The notes: generated by a model not told the origin, from the letters alone. Shown: positions 20,274-28,800, numbered from the stretch's first letter. The stretch is 64,000 nucleotides of DNA from an uncultured Candidatus Saccharibacteria bacterium (GCA_964450605.1 CAYVEK010000001.1:224597-288596), one strand, 5' to 3'. Translations and numbers: made by a program.

Positions 20274-21677
20274 TTATTGAAATTTAGGATCAAACAAACT
20301 CTTAGATGTATCACCATTTAAAAGCGAGGCTATACGTTTTCCCGCCCATATCGCAGGCATTATACCAACACCGTTACATCCCAAGTTGTACATGAGGGTG
20401 TGATTTTTTGGCTCAAAACCAACTAAACGAAGCCCGTTAGCTGTATAACCCATAAGACCATGCCAGAAAAATTGTTTTTGTTCTTTTCCTTGATTATCGA
20501 TTGGTGCAAAATGTTCTGAAATAAAATTCTCATATTCTGCTTTTATATGCTCAGAGTACTCATGATTTCTGTTGTATATAGTCGTGTCTTCTATCGGTAA
20601 ACCTTTTCCTCCGATACAAAACAAGTTTTTAGGTTCTTCTTTTTCAAGGTCGTACGGCCGTCGAGTTGTATACACGTATTCATTTGCATACACTATATTT
20701 CTATCAGAATCAGGGTGTCCGGTATCTTCATCGTACTCTTCTTCTAGGTAAGCTGTTGCCGAAGGATTTTTCCCCACTTCTTCAGTACTCGCCATCATGT
20801 AACCTATATTCCCTTTAACATGCTTATGAAAATTCATATCGAGCTCACTATGTTTGTCTTGTATAGTAAAATGCTCAAAACCATTTGTACAAAGTACAAC
20901 TTTTTTGGCCTTAATGGTTTTATCTTGTTCTGTTTTTAGTTCTGTGTGATTTTTATGTAAATCAAGTTCTGTGACCGGAGTTTGCTCATATATCTGAATC
21001 CTCTCTATACCATATGTTTCAACTAAAAATGTAAGAAGCTGTTCTGTAAATACCGCACTGTTTAGACAACCTTTTCGCAAAGGATATGCTGCAACATATT
21101 CGGGATTTATAGTATCAGCTAAAGAAAGTATAGAGGTATGTGGTACTACTTCGTAGTATGGCCTATATCTTTCTGGTATATCTAGAGATTCAAGATGTTC
21201 TGATGAGATATACATCTTTCTACTATGAAGTCCTCCCTCATGGGCTAAAGCAAGATCGGCAAGTTGTGTGTGTACTTGTGTCTTTGTAGTGTAAACATCA
21301 TACCCGACAAATGTTGAATATGGTGTTGTTAAATTTGTATCTCGTATAATCTCTTCGAGCATAATCCATGCAGAATCAACTGAACGTAATGCTTCTATAG
21401 TTTGTTCTAGACCGTACTCTTCAACAAGCGATGAGATAGATCTCTCAAGTTCTGCGACAAGCTGTCCCGCGTTGTGACCTGTGGCGCCATGCCCTGCTTG
21501 ATATGCGTCTATAAGGGCGACTTTATGTTTTGTGTATTTCAATATATTGTATGCAGTTAGCGTACCAGAAACACCTGCGCCGATTATACAAATATCAGTC
21601 TCAATATCAGTTTCCAATGTAAAAAGAGGTCGCGTTCTATTGAGCTGGTATGTCCATGGTGATTTTAAAGGAAACAT
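20274..21677 (-). CDS. FAD-dependent oxidoreductase (DAO family)
   Basis: N-terminal Rossmann dinucleotide-binding motif (DICIIGAGVSGTLTA) and HGATGHNAGQL as in PF01266-type enzymes. Confidence 0.6.
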   Translation of the reverse strand: MFPLKSPWTYQLNRTRPLFTLETDIETDICIIGAGVSGTLTAYNILKYTKHKVALIDAYQAGHGATGHNAGQLVAELERSISSLVEEYGLEQTIEALRSVDSAWIMLEEIIRDTNLTTPYSTFVGYDVYTTKTQVHTQLADLALAHEGGLHSRKMYISSEHLESLDIPERYRPYYEVVPHTSILSLADTINPEYVAAYPLRKGCLNSAVFTEQLLTFLVETYGIERIQIYEQTPVTELDLHKNHTELKTEQDKTIKAKKVVLCTNGFEHFTIQDKHSELDMNFHKHVKGNIGYMMASTEEVGKNPSATAYLEEEYDEDTGHPDSDRNIVYANEYVYTTRRPYDLEKEEPKNLFCIGGKGLPIEDTTIYNRNHEYSEHIKAEYENFISEHFAPIDNQGKEQKQFFWHGLMGYTANGLRLVGFEPKNHTLMYNLGCNGVGIMPAIWAGKRIASLLNGDTSKSLFDPKFQ

Positions 21678-21695
21678 ATTAAAGATATTGCAAAC

Positions 21696-21896
21696 TTAGT
21701 ATTTTAGATAACTTGCTGTAGCCTCGGCATTATTTTTTAATACAGACATAGTTTTTGAGTACTGCATGCCTATATAGAAAAACCAAGCAGGTATGAGAGC
21801 AAAAAGAACTATTATCGCAAATAATCTCGATGTAGCTGATCGTTTTTGAAGATTTACCATGATTTGATGATAACTTATCGAACCCAATTCGTCCAA
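21696..21896 (-). CDS. small membrane protein
   Basis: 66 aa with one TM helix, between two FAD enzyme genes on the same strand. It overlaps the upstream gene by about 20 nt, consistent with an operon. Confidence 0.3.
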   Translation of the reverse strand: MDELGSISYHQIMVNLQKRSATSRLFAIIVLFALIPAWFFYIGMQYSKTMSVLKNNAEATASYLKY

Positions 21897-23470
21897 TCAC
21901 GAGTCGAAAGTTCTATTTTTTTATGAGGATTAAAGATATTTTCCGGATCAAATACTTTTTTTATAGCAACTATAACATCATTATAGAGTTCTTTTCCGTA
22001 AAACATTGGAAGAAACGGTGTTCGTATCAACCCATCACTATGATCAGCACTGATATTTCCATGAACTTTTTTAATAAGATCGAAAGCGTCAGTCATAAAT
22101 TCTTCTATAGTCGCCAAAGCTATATCTTTGTGAGTAAAATCAAAAACAGGTATCACACGCAAGGCTCCATCTCCGATATGTCCATGGAATCCGTATTCTA
22201 ATTCATATTTTTTAAGTATTTGAATAAGTTCAGGAACAAAAACATCAAAGTTTTTTATAGGAACGATAATATCTTCAATACAAGGCACAGCTCTTTTTTC
22301 GGGTTTTGAAAAAGTTCCGTCTCGCAACACTCTAAATGAAGATCTTCGTACTGCCCAAGCTGAATTAATAATACCTGTATCTGTTATATATTCGACGACT
22401 GCCCCCATATCTTGAAGTAACTTTGAAACAGTGTGTGCAACCTTGTCAGTTTTCTCTTGAGTATCTTCACTGAATTCAGCAATAACTATAAATTCTGTTT
22501 GCGGACCAAAAAAATGCTGTATGGCAAGCGTGTCTTCTGGTAAAAACTTTTTAGCAAAATGATATGTATTTTTATCAAATGTTTCAACCGATTCTGGATT
22601 ATGCTTCATGATAAGTTGTAAAAATTCAGGAAGTTCTGCCAGACTATGTACTGAGAGTATAAGAGCTCGTTTATGTGGGGTTATAGGGACAAGTTTAAGG
22701 CGTGCTTTAGTGATAACTCCCAAAGTTGCTTGAGCTCCAACAAATAACTTTGCCAGATTCCATGTTTTATCTTTTTCATTAAATACTTTTTCAAGTCTAT
22801 ATCCTGAGGCAGATTTTTTAACTTCTCCGACAGCTTTTTTATACTGTGCATGATGTTTAATGTATATATCATGTATTGTTTTACACACAGTACCAAACAC
22901 ACTTTTTTCTTTTATAATTTTCTTAAAATCTGCATCACCAACCTCTTCAAACAAGTATTCGTTTCCATCAAAAAGCACAACGTTTACAGAGTGCACATTG
23001 TCTAGTGTTCCACCGTATCGAATACTCTTCTCTCCCGACGCATTATTTCCAAGCATTCCTCCTATACCACAGATATCTTTTGATGATGTATAGGCAGGAA
23101 ACATCAGATTATGTTTTACAAGTTCTTTTTCCAGATCACGATAATACGCACCCATCTCAATCTCCGCTGACATGGCATATGGATTTACTTTTATATCAGT
23201 CATGTGTTTAGTCATATTTAACACATATCCTTCTGTCAGAGAACCACCACTCATACATGTTCCCCCAGCACGCACTGAGAGACCAACTTTATACTTCCCT
23301 GCCAAAATGACTATAGTTTTTATATCTTCAACTGATTTTGGATATAAGACCCCTAAAGGTTCTTTTGTAAAAATACTCGAATCCTTGCTGTGTATAGCCA
23401 GCTGGTTGTCTGAATCGTGTAATATATCGTGTGATAAGGCTTCACAAATTGCTTTTTTAAAATCTGTCAT
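21875..23470 (-). CDS. FAD-linked oxidase (FAD_binding_4 / PCMH-type)
   Basis: SVRAGGTCMSGGSL and the surrounding pattern of the FAD-binding PCMH domain, plus a C-terminal oxidase domain. 531 aa. Confidence 0.6.
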   Translation of the reverse strand: MTDFKKAICEALSHDILHDSDNQLAIHSKDSSIFTKEPLGVLYPKSVEDIKTIVILAGKYKVGLSVRAGGTCMSGGSLTEGYVLNMTKHMTDIKVNPYAMSAEIEMGAYYRDLEKELVKHNLMFPAYTSSKDICGIGGMLGNNASGEKSIRYGGTLDNVHSVNVVLFDGNEYLFEEVGDADFKKIIKEKSVFGTVCKTIHDIYIKHHAQYKKAVGEVKKSASGYRLEKVFNEKDKTWNLAKLFVGAQATLGVITKARLKLVPITPHKRALILSVHSLAELPEFLQLIMKHNPESVETFDKNTYHFAKKFLPEDTLAIQHFFGPQTEFIVIAEFSEDTQEKTDKVAHTVSKLLQDMGAVVEYITDTGIINSAWAVRRSSFRVLRDGTFSKPEKRAVPCIEDIIVPIKNFDVFVPELIQILKKYELEYGFHGHIGDGALRVIPVFDFTHKDIALATIEEFMTDAFDLIKKVHGNISADHSDGLIRTPFLPMFYGKELYNDVIVAIKKVFDPENIFNPHKKIELSTRDWTNWVR

Positions 23471-23512
23471 ATGTATCTATCTTACTATATACTAACAACA
23501 TAGCGCGAACAT

Positions 23513-25210
23513 ATGCAGTGTATAACCGTATTTCCCATACTCAAAAAAGCCTTTAGAGAAAAACTCATGTATTGGACACGAGAAACTTGTTCTGTGGGAG
23601 ATGTTATACAAGTTCCTATACAGAACAGAAAGGTTTGGGCAGTAGTTGCACATGTTGCTTCGGTACATGAAGTTAAAGAATATATAAAATCACAATCATT
23701 TGTTATTAAAAAAATAGATACCGTGAAGAAAACAGATGTTTTTAGTCGAGAATTCATACTCGCTGTACTTGAAACCTCTCGATATTTTGTTGTACCTTTT
23801 GGTGAAGTTTTTTCCGAACTTATTCCTAAAAAAGTTTTAGAAAACATACAAGCTGTTACACCTGGGTCTGACAACAAACCAGTCGGCGCACCGGCCTCAT
23901 TAAATATTTCATACATTCAAAAATCTACCAGCGACAGAATTGCGTATATACAAAAACTTCAACAAGAAAAAACTACTTTCGTATTTTCACCAACAAAAAG
24001 CCATAACGCTTTTTTAAAACAACATGGTATTTCGCATACATGTATGCCTATAGATGTATACAAACTAGACACTACTTCTACCGACATTGCCTGCGTAGTA
24101 GAACTTGCCTCATCTGAATATTATAGACACATACGAAAAGGCTTTGATTTTAGATTTTTTATAAGAGATCTTTGTGCACGTAAGGGCATAGAGCTTATCT
24201 ACATGGACACAATACTCTTGGAAGCTGGTAATCAAGACAAAAATCCAATTACCAAAAAACCGGAAATACATCTCATCTCCCTATCAGCATCAGGAAAAGC
24301 TAAAACTAAAACCAAGCAAAGTTTGATTAAAAAACAACCGTTTTTCTCACCAGAACTTATTTCCCTTCTTAAACATTGTCAAAAAAATAAAGAGTCAATA
24401 CTTGTATATGTTGTTCGAAAAGGTTTTAGTCATCAGACCATATGTGCTGACTGTGGAACCACCGTCACCTGCCCCATATGTAGCAAGCCATTGCGATTAG
24501 ATGCTTCAAAAAACTTTGTCTGTGATTCATGTCATACACAAGAAACATCAAACAGAGCATGTGCAAACTGTGGTAGCTGGAATCTTATACCTTTCGGAGT
24601 GTCTACGGAACACGTAGCGGAGCAGTTAAAAGATATTTTAGATATACCTATACATATTATTGATAGTAGTCATCACACCAAAAGCACTGCCCGGAAAAAG
24701 ATAAAAGAACAGTATGGTGTATACATCGGAACAGAACTACTACTGACTCAGTCATACGAAACAATCTATACCTACGGAGCAATAGTATCACTCGAAACAC
24801 TGCTTGCCCTACCTGATACGCTAGCAGAACTCAAAGCAATACAAGTCATAACGACACTTATGGATCGAGTAAGTTCTGATGTACTCATTCAAACAAGAAG
24901 TGAAGATGCGCCTATGTGGAAAGCCTTAGAAGCAAAAGATTGGTCTGTTGCAACTGAACATATAAAAACACAGTTAGAACAAACAGACTTACCTCCATAC
25001 ACAACATCTATACATATAGAAGGTCGAGAAAAAGATATAGATCTTGTTGAAAAACAAATCGAGCGCTACGGAACAAATAAAATACGAATACAAAATAAAA
25101 TCTACATCACGTTTACTCGAGGTATTTGGCCGAAACATCCACTCCAAGGATATCTACAAGCACTTCCTTCCCATATACATATTGAAGTCGACAAAACTGA
25201 TTTTGTGTAG
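23513..25210 (+). CDS. primosomal protein N' (PriA)-like protein with degenerate helicase motifs
   Basis: N-terminal 3' DNA-binding-domain-like region (GDVIQVPIQNRKVWAVV) and a C-terminal Cys-rich zinc-binding cluster (CADCG..CPICS...CDSC...CANCGS) as in PriA. The Walker A position reads FVFSPTKSHNAF rather than GxGKT. Confidence 0.45.
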   Translation: MQCITVFPILKKAFREKLMYWTRETCSVGDVIQVPIQNRKVWAVVAHVASVHEVKEYIKSQSFVIKKIDTVKKTDVFSREFILAVLETSRYFVVPFGEVFSELIPKKVLENIQAVTPGSDNKPVGAPASLNISYIQKSTSDRIAYIQKLQQEKTTFVFSPTKSHNAFLKQHGISHTCMPIDVYKLDTTSTDIACVVELASSEYYRHIRKGFDFRFFIRDLCARKGIELIYMDTILLEAGNQDKNPITKKPEIHLISLSASGKAKTKTKQSLIKKQPFFSPELISLLKHCQKNKESILVYVVRKGFSHQTICADCGTTVTCPICSKPLRLDASKNFVCDSCHTQETSNRACANCGSWNLIPFGVSTEHVAEQLKDILDIPIHIIDSSHHTKSTARKKIKEQYGVYIGTELLLTQSYETIYTYGAIVSLETLLALPDTLAELKAIQVITTLMDRVSSDVLIQTRSEDAPMWKALEAKDWSVATEHIKTQLEQTDLPPYTTSIHIEGREKDIDLVEKQIERYGTNKIRIQNKIYITFTRGIWPKHPLQGYLQALPSHIHIEVDKTDFV

Positions 25211-25222
25211 TATTCTTTTGTT

Positions 25223-25780
25223 ATGGCTAAAAAAGCGATAGTAGAAAAAGGCGACCCTGTACTTGAGACACCTGCAAAAGAGGTGGCTATTGCTGATATA
25301 TCCTCTTCTCACGTTCAATCAGTCATCAAAGATATGAAAGACACTCTCTCTGACATATCTGATGGTGTTGGTCTTGCCGCTCCTCAGATCGGAGTTAGTC
25401 TACGTATTTTTATAGTTTCAAAAAGAGTTCTTGCCCGAAATAAAACAGCGGAAGAATCATCTTCTTTGGAAGATATGGTTTGTATAAATCCAAAAATCGT
25501 AAAATTTTCTAAAACAAAAAAATGGATGGACGGTGAAGGCTGTCTTTCTGTGCGTTGGTATTATGGAAAAGTATATCGATCAACAAATGTATCACTCGAA
25601 TACTACGATGAACTTGGTAAAAAACACACACGAGGTGCTGGCGGATTACTGGCCCACATCTTTCAACATGAATGTGATCATCTTGATGGTCATTTGTTTA
25701 TAGAAAAAGCAAAAGATATAGAATGGATAGAACCCAAAAAAGACGGTGAGGATTCTGACGAAGATTCTGCTGTTGAATAA
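25223..25780 (+). CDS. def: peptide deformylase
   Basis: The three PDF motifs are present: GVGLAAPQIG, EGCLS and QHECDHLDG. Confidence 0.85.
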   Translation: MAKKAIVEKGDPVLETPAKEVAIADISSSHVQSVIKDMKDTLSDISDGVGLAAPQIGVSLRIFIVSKRVLARNKTAEESSSLEDMVCINPKIVKFSKTKKWMDGEGCLSVRWYYGKVYRSTNVSLEYYDELGKKHTRGAGGLLAHIFQHECDHLDGHLFIEKAKDIEWIEPKKDGEDSDEDSAVE

Positions 25781-25826
25781 AAAAACCGTAGCGGCAGGGA
25801 TCGAACCTGCAAACACTACGGCCGGA
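25779..25826 (-). terminator. tRNA-minihelix-like hairpin (copy 1) terminating the convergent small gene 25841..26059. It may also terminate def.
   Basis: Minus-strand reading CCGTAGTG-TTT-GCAGG-TTCGATC-CCTGC-CGCTACGG-TTTTTTT: an acceptor-like stem stacked on a T-arm-like stem-loop with a 7-nt TTCGATC loop, then a T-run. Near-identical to copy 2 at 27193..27240. Confidence 0.5.
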
Positions 25827-25840
25827 CTGAACAGTGATGC

Positions 25841-26059
25841 TCAGTGCATGAGGGCTATTACCCCGAGTACGATCAGGATTACCCCTAGCAGGACTGCGCC
25901 TGTACCTCCGATTCGGGAGACCTTTGCCTCCGCAGCTGTTCGTCTCTGCCCCTCTTTGCTTATGTACCGCCCCATAAGGATGGACGCTGTACCAAAAAAG
26001 AGACAGATGACGAACTGGGCTAAATGTACACTATTCATAGGTACTAACGATAGTACCAT
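25841..26059 (-). CDS. small two-TM hydrophobic protein (GC-rich)
   Basis: 72 aa: TM1, a basic loop (GRYISKEGQRRTAAEAKVSR) and TM2. A sigma70-like promoter (TTGACT-17-TACTAT, minus strand, ~26050..26078) suggests the real start is the second Met (MNSVH) at 26038 with a very short leader. Confidence 0.4.
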   Translation of the reverse strand: MVLSLVPMNSVHLAQFVICLFFGTASILMGRYISKEGQRRTAAEAKVSRIGGTGAVLLGVILIVLGVIALMH

Positions 26060-26078
26060 ATTATCGTAAATTAGTCAA
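26050..26078 (-). promoter_or_regulatory. sigma70-like promoter for the small two-TM gene
   Basis: Minus-strand TTGACT, a 17-nt spacer, then TACTAT. The predicted start site lies a few nt upstream of ATG 26038. Confidence 0.35.
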
Positions 26079-26344
26079 TCTATTATTTTTCCAATAAAAA
26101 AAGACCCAGTCTCTTACGCACGAAGCGAAGATTCCGAGTCTGGATAAAAAGTTCAATTTTGAAGACTTCCGGAGCAAGTCGCCATACATCTGCAGCAGAG
26201 CTGTTTTTCGTATGACGACTTCCCCTTATGGGATGTCTCCAATGCCTTTCGGCTTGGGGAGGCTGGCCACTTAAGACCTAACCTCCGTTTACTATACTAC
26301 CACCCCACCAAACAAAGTCAAGACTTTATGTTATACTTATCCAC

Positions 26345-27190
26345 ATGCGATACATATTCTTTGGAACAGGTCATTTTGCCCTTCCTGTACTCAAACATCT
26401 AAAGGAAAAGAGTTTTCTCCCCTCCCTCATCATCACCTCACCTGACAAACCTGTGGGACGACATCAGATCATCACACCACCTCTCACAAAAGTATTTGCA
26501 ATCGAAAACAACATACCTGTATATCAACCAGAAAGTTTGAAAAATGAAACAGTCTTTGAAGATATCAAAAAATACATAACCGAACACGAAGCTGTTGTTG
26601 TTGCTGATTACGGAAAGATAATTCCACAAAACATACTAGATTTATCTCCAAATGGTTTTTTAAATATTCATCCATCTCTACTGCCCGAATACCGCGGTCC
26701 AACACCTGTACAAGCAACTATACTAAACAATAACCCTCACACAGGAGTCACTATTATCAAGATGGATCATCTCATGGATCATGGTCCTATAGTCGCACAA
26801 GAGAAAAAAGATATAGACACCGCCATCTGGCCTGTATCACTCGAGGAGTTGTTTGAAATTTTGGCAGTTGTTGGTGCTGAGCTTTTAATAAAAACACTGC
26901 CAGCATATGTGCATGGAGATCTGATACCTGTAGAGCAAGATCATAACAAAGCGACATATGTAAAGATGATAGATAAGGCTGATTCTGAAGTTTTTCCACA
27001 AACTGAATCCATCTCTTCGATATATTTAAAATATCAAGCGTATCAAAACTGGCCAGGTATATTTTTTATGCACAACGATAAACGGGTAAAGATTAAGAAG
27101 ATGAATAGAGATGAAATACTCCGAGTGACACCTGAAGGAAAAACAGAGTTGGATTTTAAGGAGTATGTAAAATATCATCCGTTGGTGTAA
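26345..27190 (+). CDS. fmt: methionyl-tRNA formyltransferase
   Basis: IFFGTGHFALPVL N-terminus and the formyltransferase motif NIHPSLLPEYRGPTPVQ. It sits next to def in the classic def-fmt arrangement, here interrupted by a convergent small gene. Confidence 0.85.
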   Translation: MRYIFFGTGHFALPVLKHLKEKSFLPSLIITSPDKPVGRHQIITPPLTKVFAIENNIPVYQPESLKNETVFEDIKKYITEHEAVVVADYGKIIPQNILDLSPNGFLNIHPSLLPEYRGPTPVQATILNNNPHTGVTIIKMDHLMDHGPIVAQEKKDIDTAIWPVSLEELFEILAVVGAELLIKTLPAYVHGDLIPVEQDHNKATYVKMIDKADSEVFPQTESISSIYLKYQAYQNWPGIFFMHNDKRVKIKKMNRDEILRVTPEGKTELDFKEYVKYHPLV

Positions 27191-27192
27191 AT

Positions 27193-27240
27193 AAAAAAAC
27201 CGTAGTGGCAGTAATTGAACCTGCAAACACTACGGCCGGA
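27193..27240 (-). terminator. tRNA-minihelix-like hairpin (copy 2) terminating the convergent small gene 27251..27436
   Basis: CCGTAGTG...CACTACGG stem enclosing a GCAG-GTTCAATTA-CTGC arm, with an A-run on the plus strand (T-run on minus). About 45 of 50 nt are identical to copy 1. Confidence 0.5.
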
Positions 27241-27250
27241 GTTGGGGCAC

Positions 27251-27436
27251 TTATCCCTTTATCAACAGTACTGCCACCAACAAGCATAGCTTGCCCGCAA
27301 ACGCACAGGCGGTGCCGAAGCGTTCATTGAATTTCGGGCAACCTTTTCGAGTGGACAAGTGATAGTACCCCACCAATATAAGCAGAGCGAACAGAATTAT
27401 AAGGACGCAGGCGGAGTGGTAAAGTTCTGTAGTCAT
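27251..27436 (-). CDS. small two-TM hydrophobic protein (GC-rich)
   Basis: 61 aa: TM1, a basic Cys-containing loop (STRKGCPKFNERFGTAC) and TM2. Same position relative to fmt as 25841..26059 has relative to def. Confidence 0.4.
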   Translation of the reverse strand: MTTELYHSACVLIILFALLILVGYYHLSTRKGCPKFNERFGTACAFAGKLCLLVAVLLIKG

Positions 27437-27558
27437 AGCGTATATTATTATACACTAATATTATAAATAAATCAATCCCACCTATTTATTCTTTCTTCAA
27501 TACTCAAAGCTATGAAACAAAAAACACCGGTTTCCCGGTGTTTTTTTGTTTGCAACTA

Positions 27559-27957
27559 TTAGATATTGTTTACAGTTACATATTTTCCCCAACAAGGTTT
27601 TGAAGAATTCCACGGCTTAGTACCTTCTCGGTTATAGAGATCGATAGCATAATCCACGTTTCCTTCAACTGTAGAGAGGTCCATTCCTTTGTGCTTTGCG
27701 GTATCGGCATGATAATACGAGTTAATCTGGAATAAACCAGTATCTCGAGGATCAACCTTACCTGTTAGTACAGAGCCATTTTCTGCAAATTGTCGCATTG
27801 TTGATTCACAAAATGCTACACGTCGTAGAATATGGTCTTTAGGAAGTTTCTTGTTTAGAACCTCTTCTACTATTTCATTTGATTGTAATGAACTTTGTGG
27901 AGCCTCAACTACTACTGGAGCAGTTGGTGTTTGGTTTTGAACCGCATTTTCAGGCAT
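27559..27957 (-). CDS. transglycosylase-like (lysozyme-like, Rpf-type) domain protein
   Basis: CES...TGLFQIN motif (catalytic Glu in CES, GLFQI) of the PF06737-type transglycosylase-like domain. A hydrophobic signal-peptide-like segment (KLILQIATIGFAALLSGSS) is encoded in frame upstream of the ATG with no canonical start codon. Confidence 0.55.
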   Translation of the reverse strand: MPENAVQNQTPTAPVVVEAPQSSLQSNEIVEEVLNKKLPKDHILRRVAFCESTMRQFAENGSVLTGKVDPRDTGLFQINSYYHADTAKHKGMDLSTVEGNVDYAIDLYNREGTKPWNSSKPCWGKYVTVNNI

Positions 27958-28364
27958 TGATATTGATGAACCTGATAATAGGGCTGCAAAACCGATTGTT
28001 GCGATTTGTAAAATAAGCTTTTACTAAACTTGTAATCTATGTTCTTTGCCTTACCTGTGTCTGTATGGCTTCAATCAGTAGGTTAAGTAAGAATCTAACT
28101 CTGGGGCTGAAGCTCTCTAAAGGAATGAACATGTTGCACAAATTAAATAGCCACTCTTACAGTGACATATATATCTTAGCATACCCTGGTCAAAAAAGCA
28201 AGTTCCAGAACATCCAAAAAGCTATTTTATCCTTATAAAATAAGGATTTTATACCTTGGCTCGACACCCCGATTTTTAAGGTTTTTTATGCCTTTTTGTA
28301 CAAAAGATTAGAACCTCGTAGTTTTGACATTTTGAGCCATTTTAGGTGTTTTAAACGTGGACTA

Positions 28365-28393
28365 TTGACAAATATCTTATATATGCTACTATA
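28365..28393 (+). promoter_or_regulatory. sigma70-like promoter (TTGACA with a 16-17 nt spacer, then TACTAT)
   Basis: Perfect -35 hexamer TTGACA at 28365..28370 and an A/T-rich -10 region. No ORF follows; the next element is a long hairpin with T-run at ~28495..28595. Confidence 0.35.
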
Positions 28394-28399
28394 TAGTTA

Positions 28400-28595
28400 G
28401 TTCGAGGTGCCCAGGATCTTCACGGATACCAGAAAGACAGGGTACAGGGACCCTTGTCAATTTGGCCCCAAACTTGGGCATCTCGGACATCTGCACCGTC
28501 AGGGACTTAGGGTATATGCAAGGCTCACACATTTCTTAACGCCGATTGCAAATGCTCTAGTACCTGCCGGTGCTTTTTATTTTATATACATACCC
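28400..28595 (+). ncRNA. candidate small RNA (promoter-to-terminator unit, class unknown)
   Basis: ~190 nt between a consensus-like promoter and a long imperfect terminal stem (GCACCGTCAGGGAC...GTACCTGCCGGTGC, 12 of 14 pairs) followed by TTTTTATTTT. GC-richer than its surroundings, with no plausible ORF (the 67 aa frame has no RBS or homology). Confidence 0.25.
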
Positions 28596-28800
28596 CACAA
28601 CATAAACTGACTTATAACAAGCGCAACAAGCACAACCAGCACCACCCTACTCACCCACCGAGAACGACTTATTCTCCTCGCATCAGCATTGATTTTTCTT
28701 ATAAAATGATATATACTCATCTCACATCTATATCACATTTGTGTTAAAGATTATGACAAAAAAAGTTAAATTAATTATCAATTTTTAATCAACATCAGCC

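Noticed and set aside
25786-25870. Full tRNA gene on the minus strand downstream of def
   Set aside because: Only the acceptor stem and T-arm are present (5' acceptor strand, 3 nt, T-arm, 3' acceptor strand). There is no D-arm or anticodon arm, and the upstream sequence offers no alternative 5' acceptor strand. It is called a tRNA-minihelix-like hairpin, not a tRNA.
26100-26340. SRP RNA (4.5S) in the def/fmt divergent region
   Set aside because: TTCCGGAGCAAG superficially resembles the helix-8 region, but the flanking symmetric-loop and AGCAGCC motifs do not fit.
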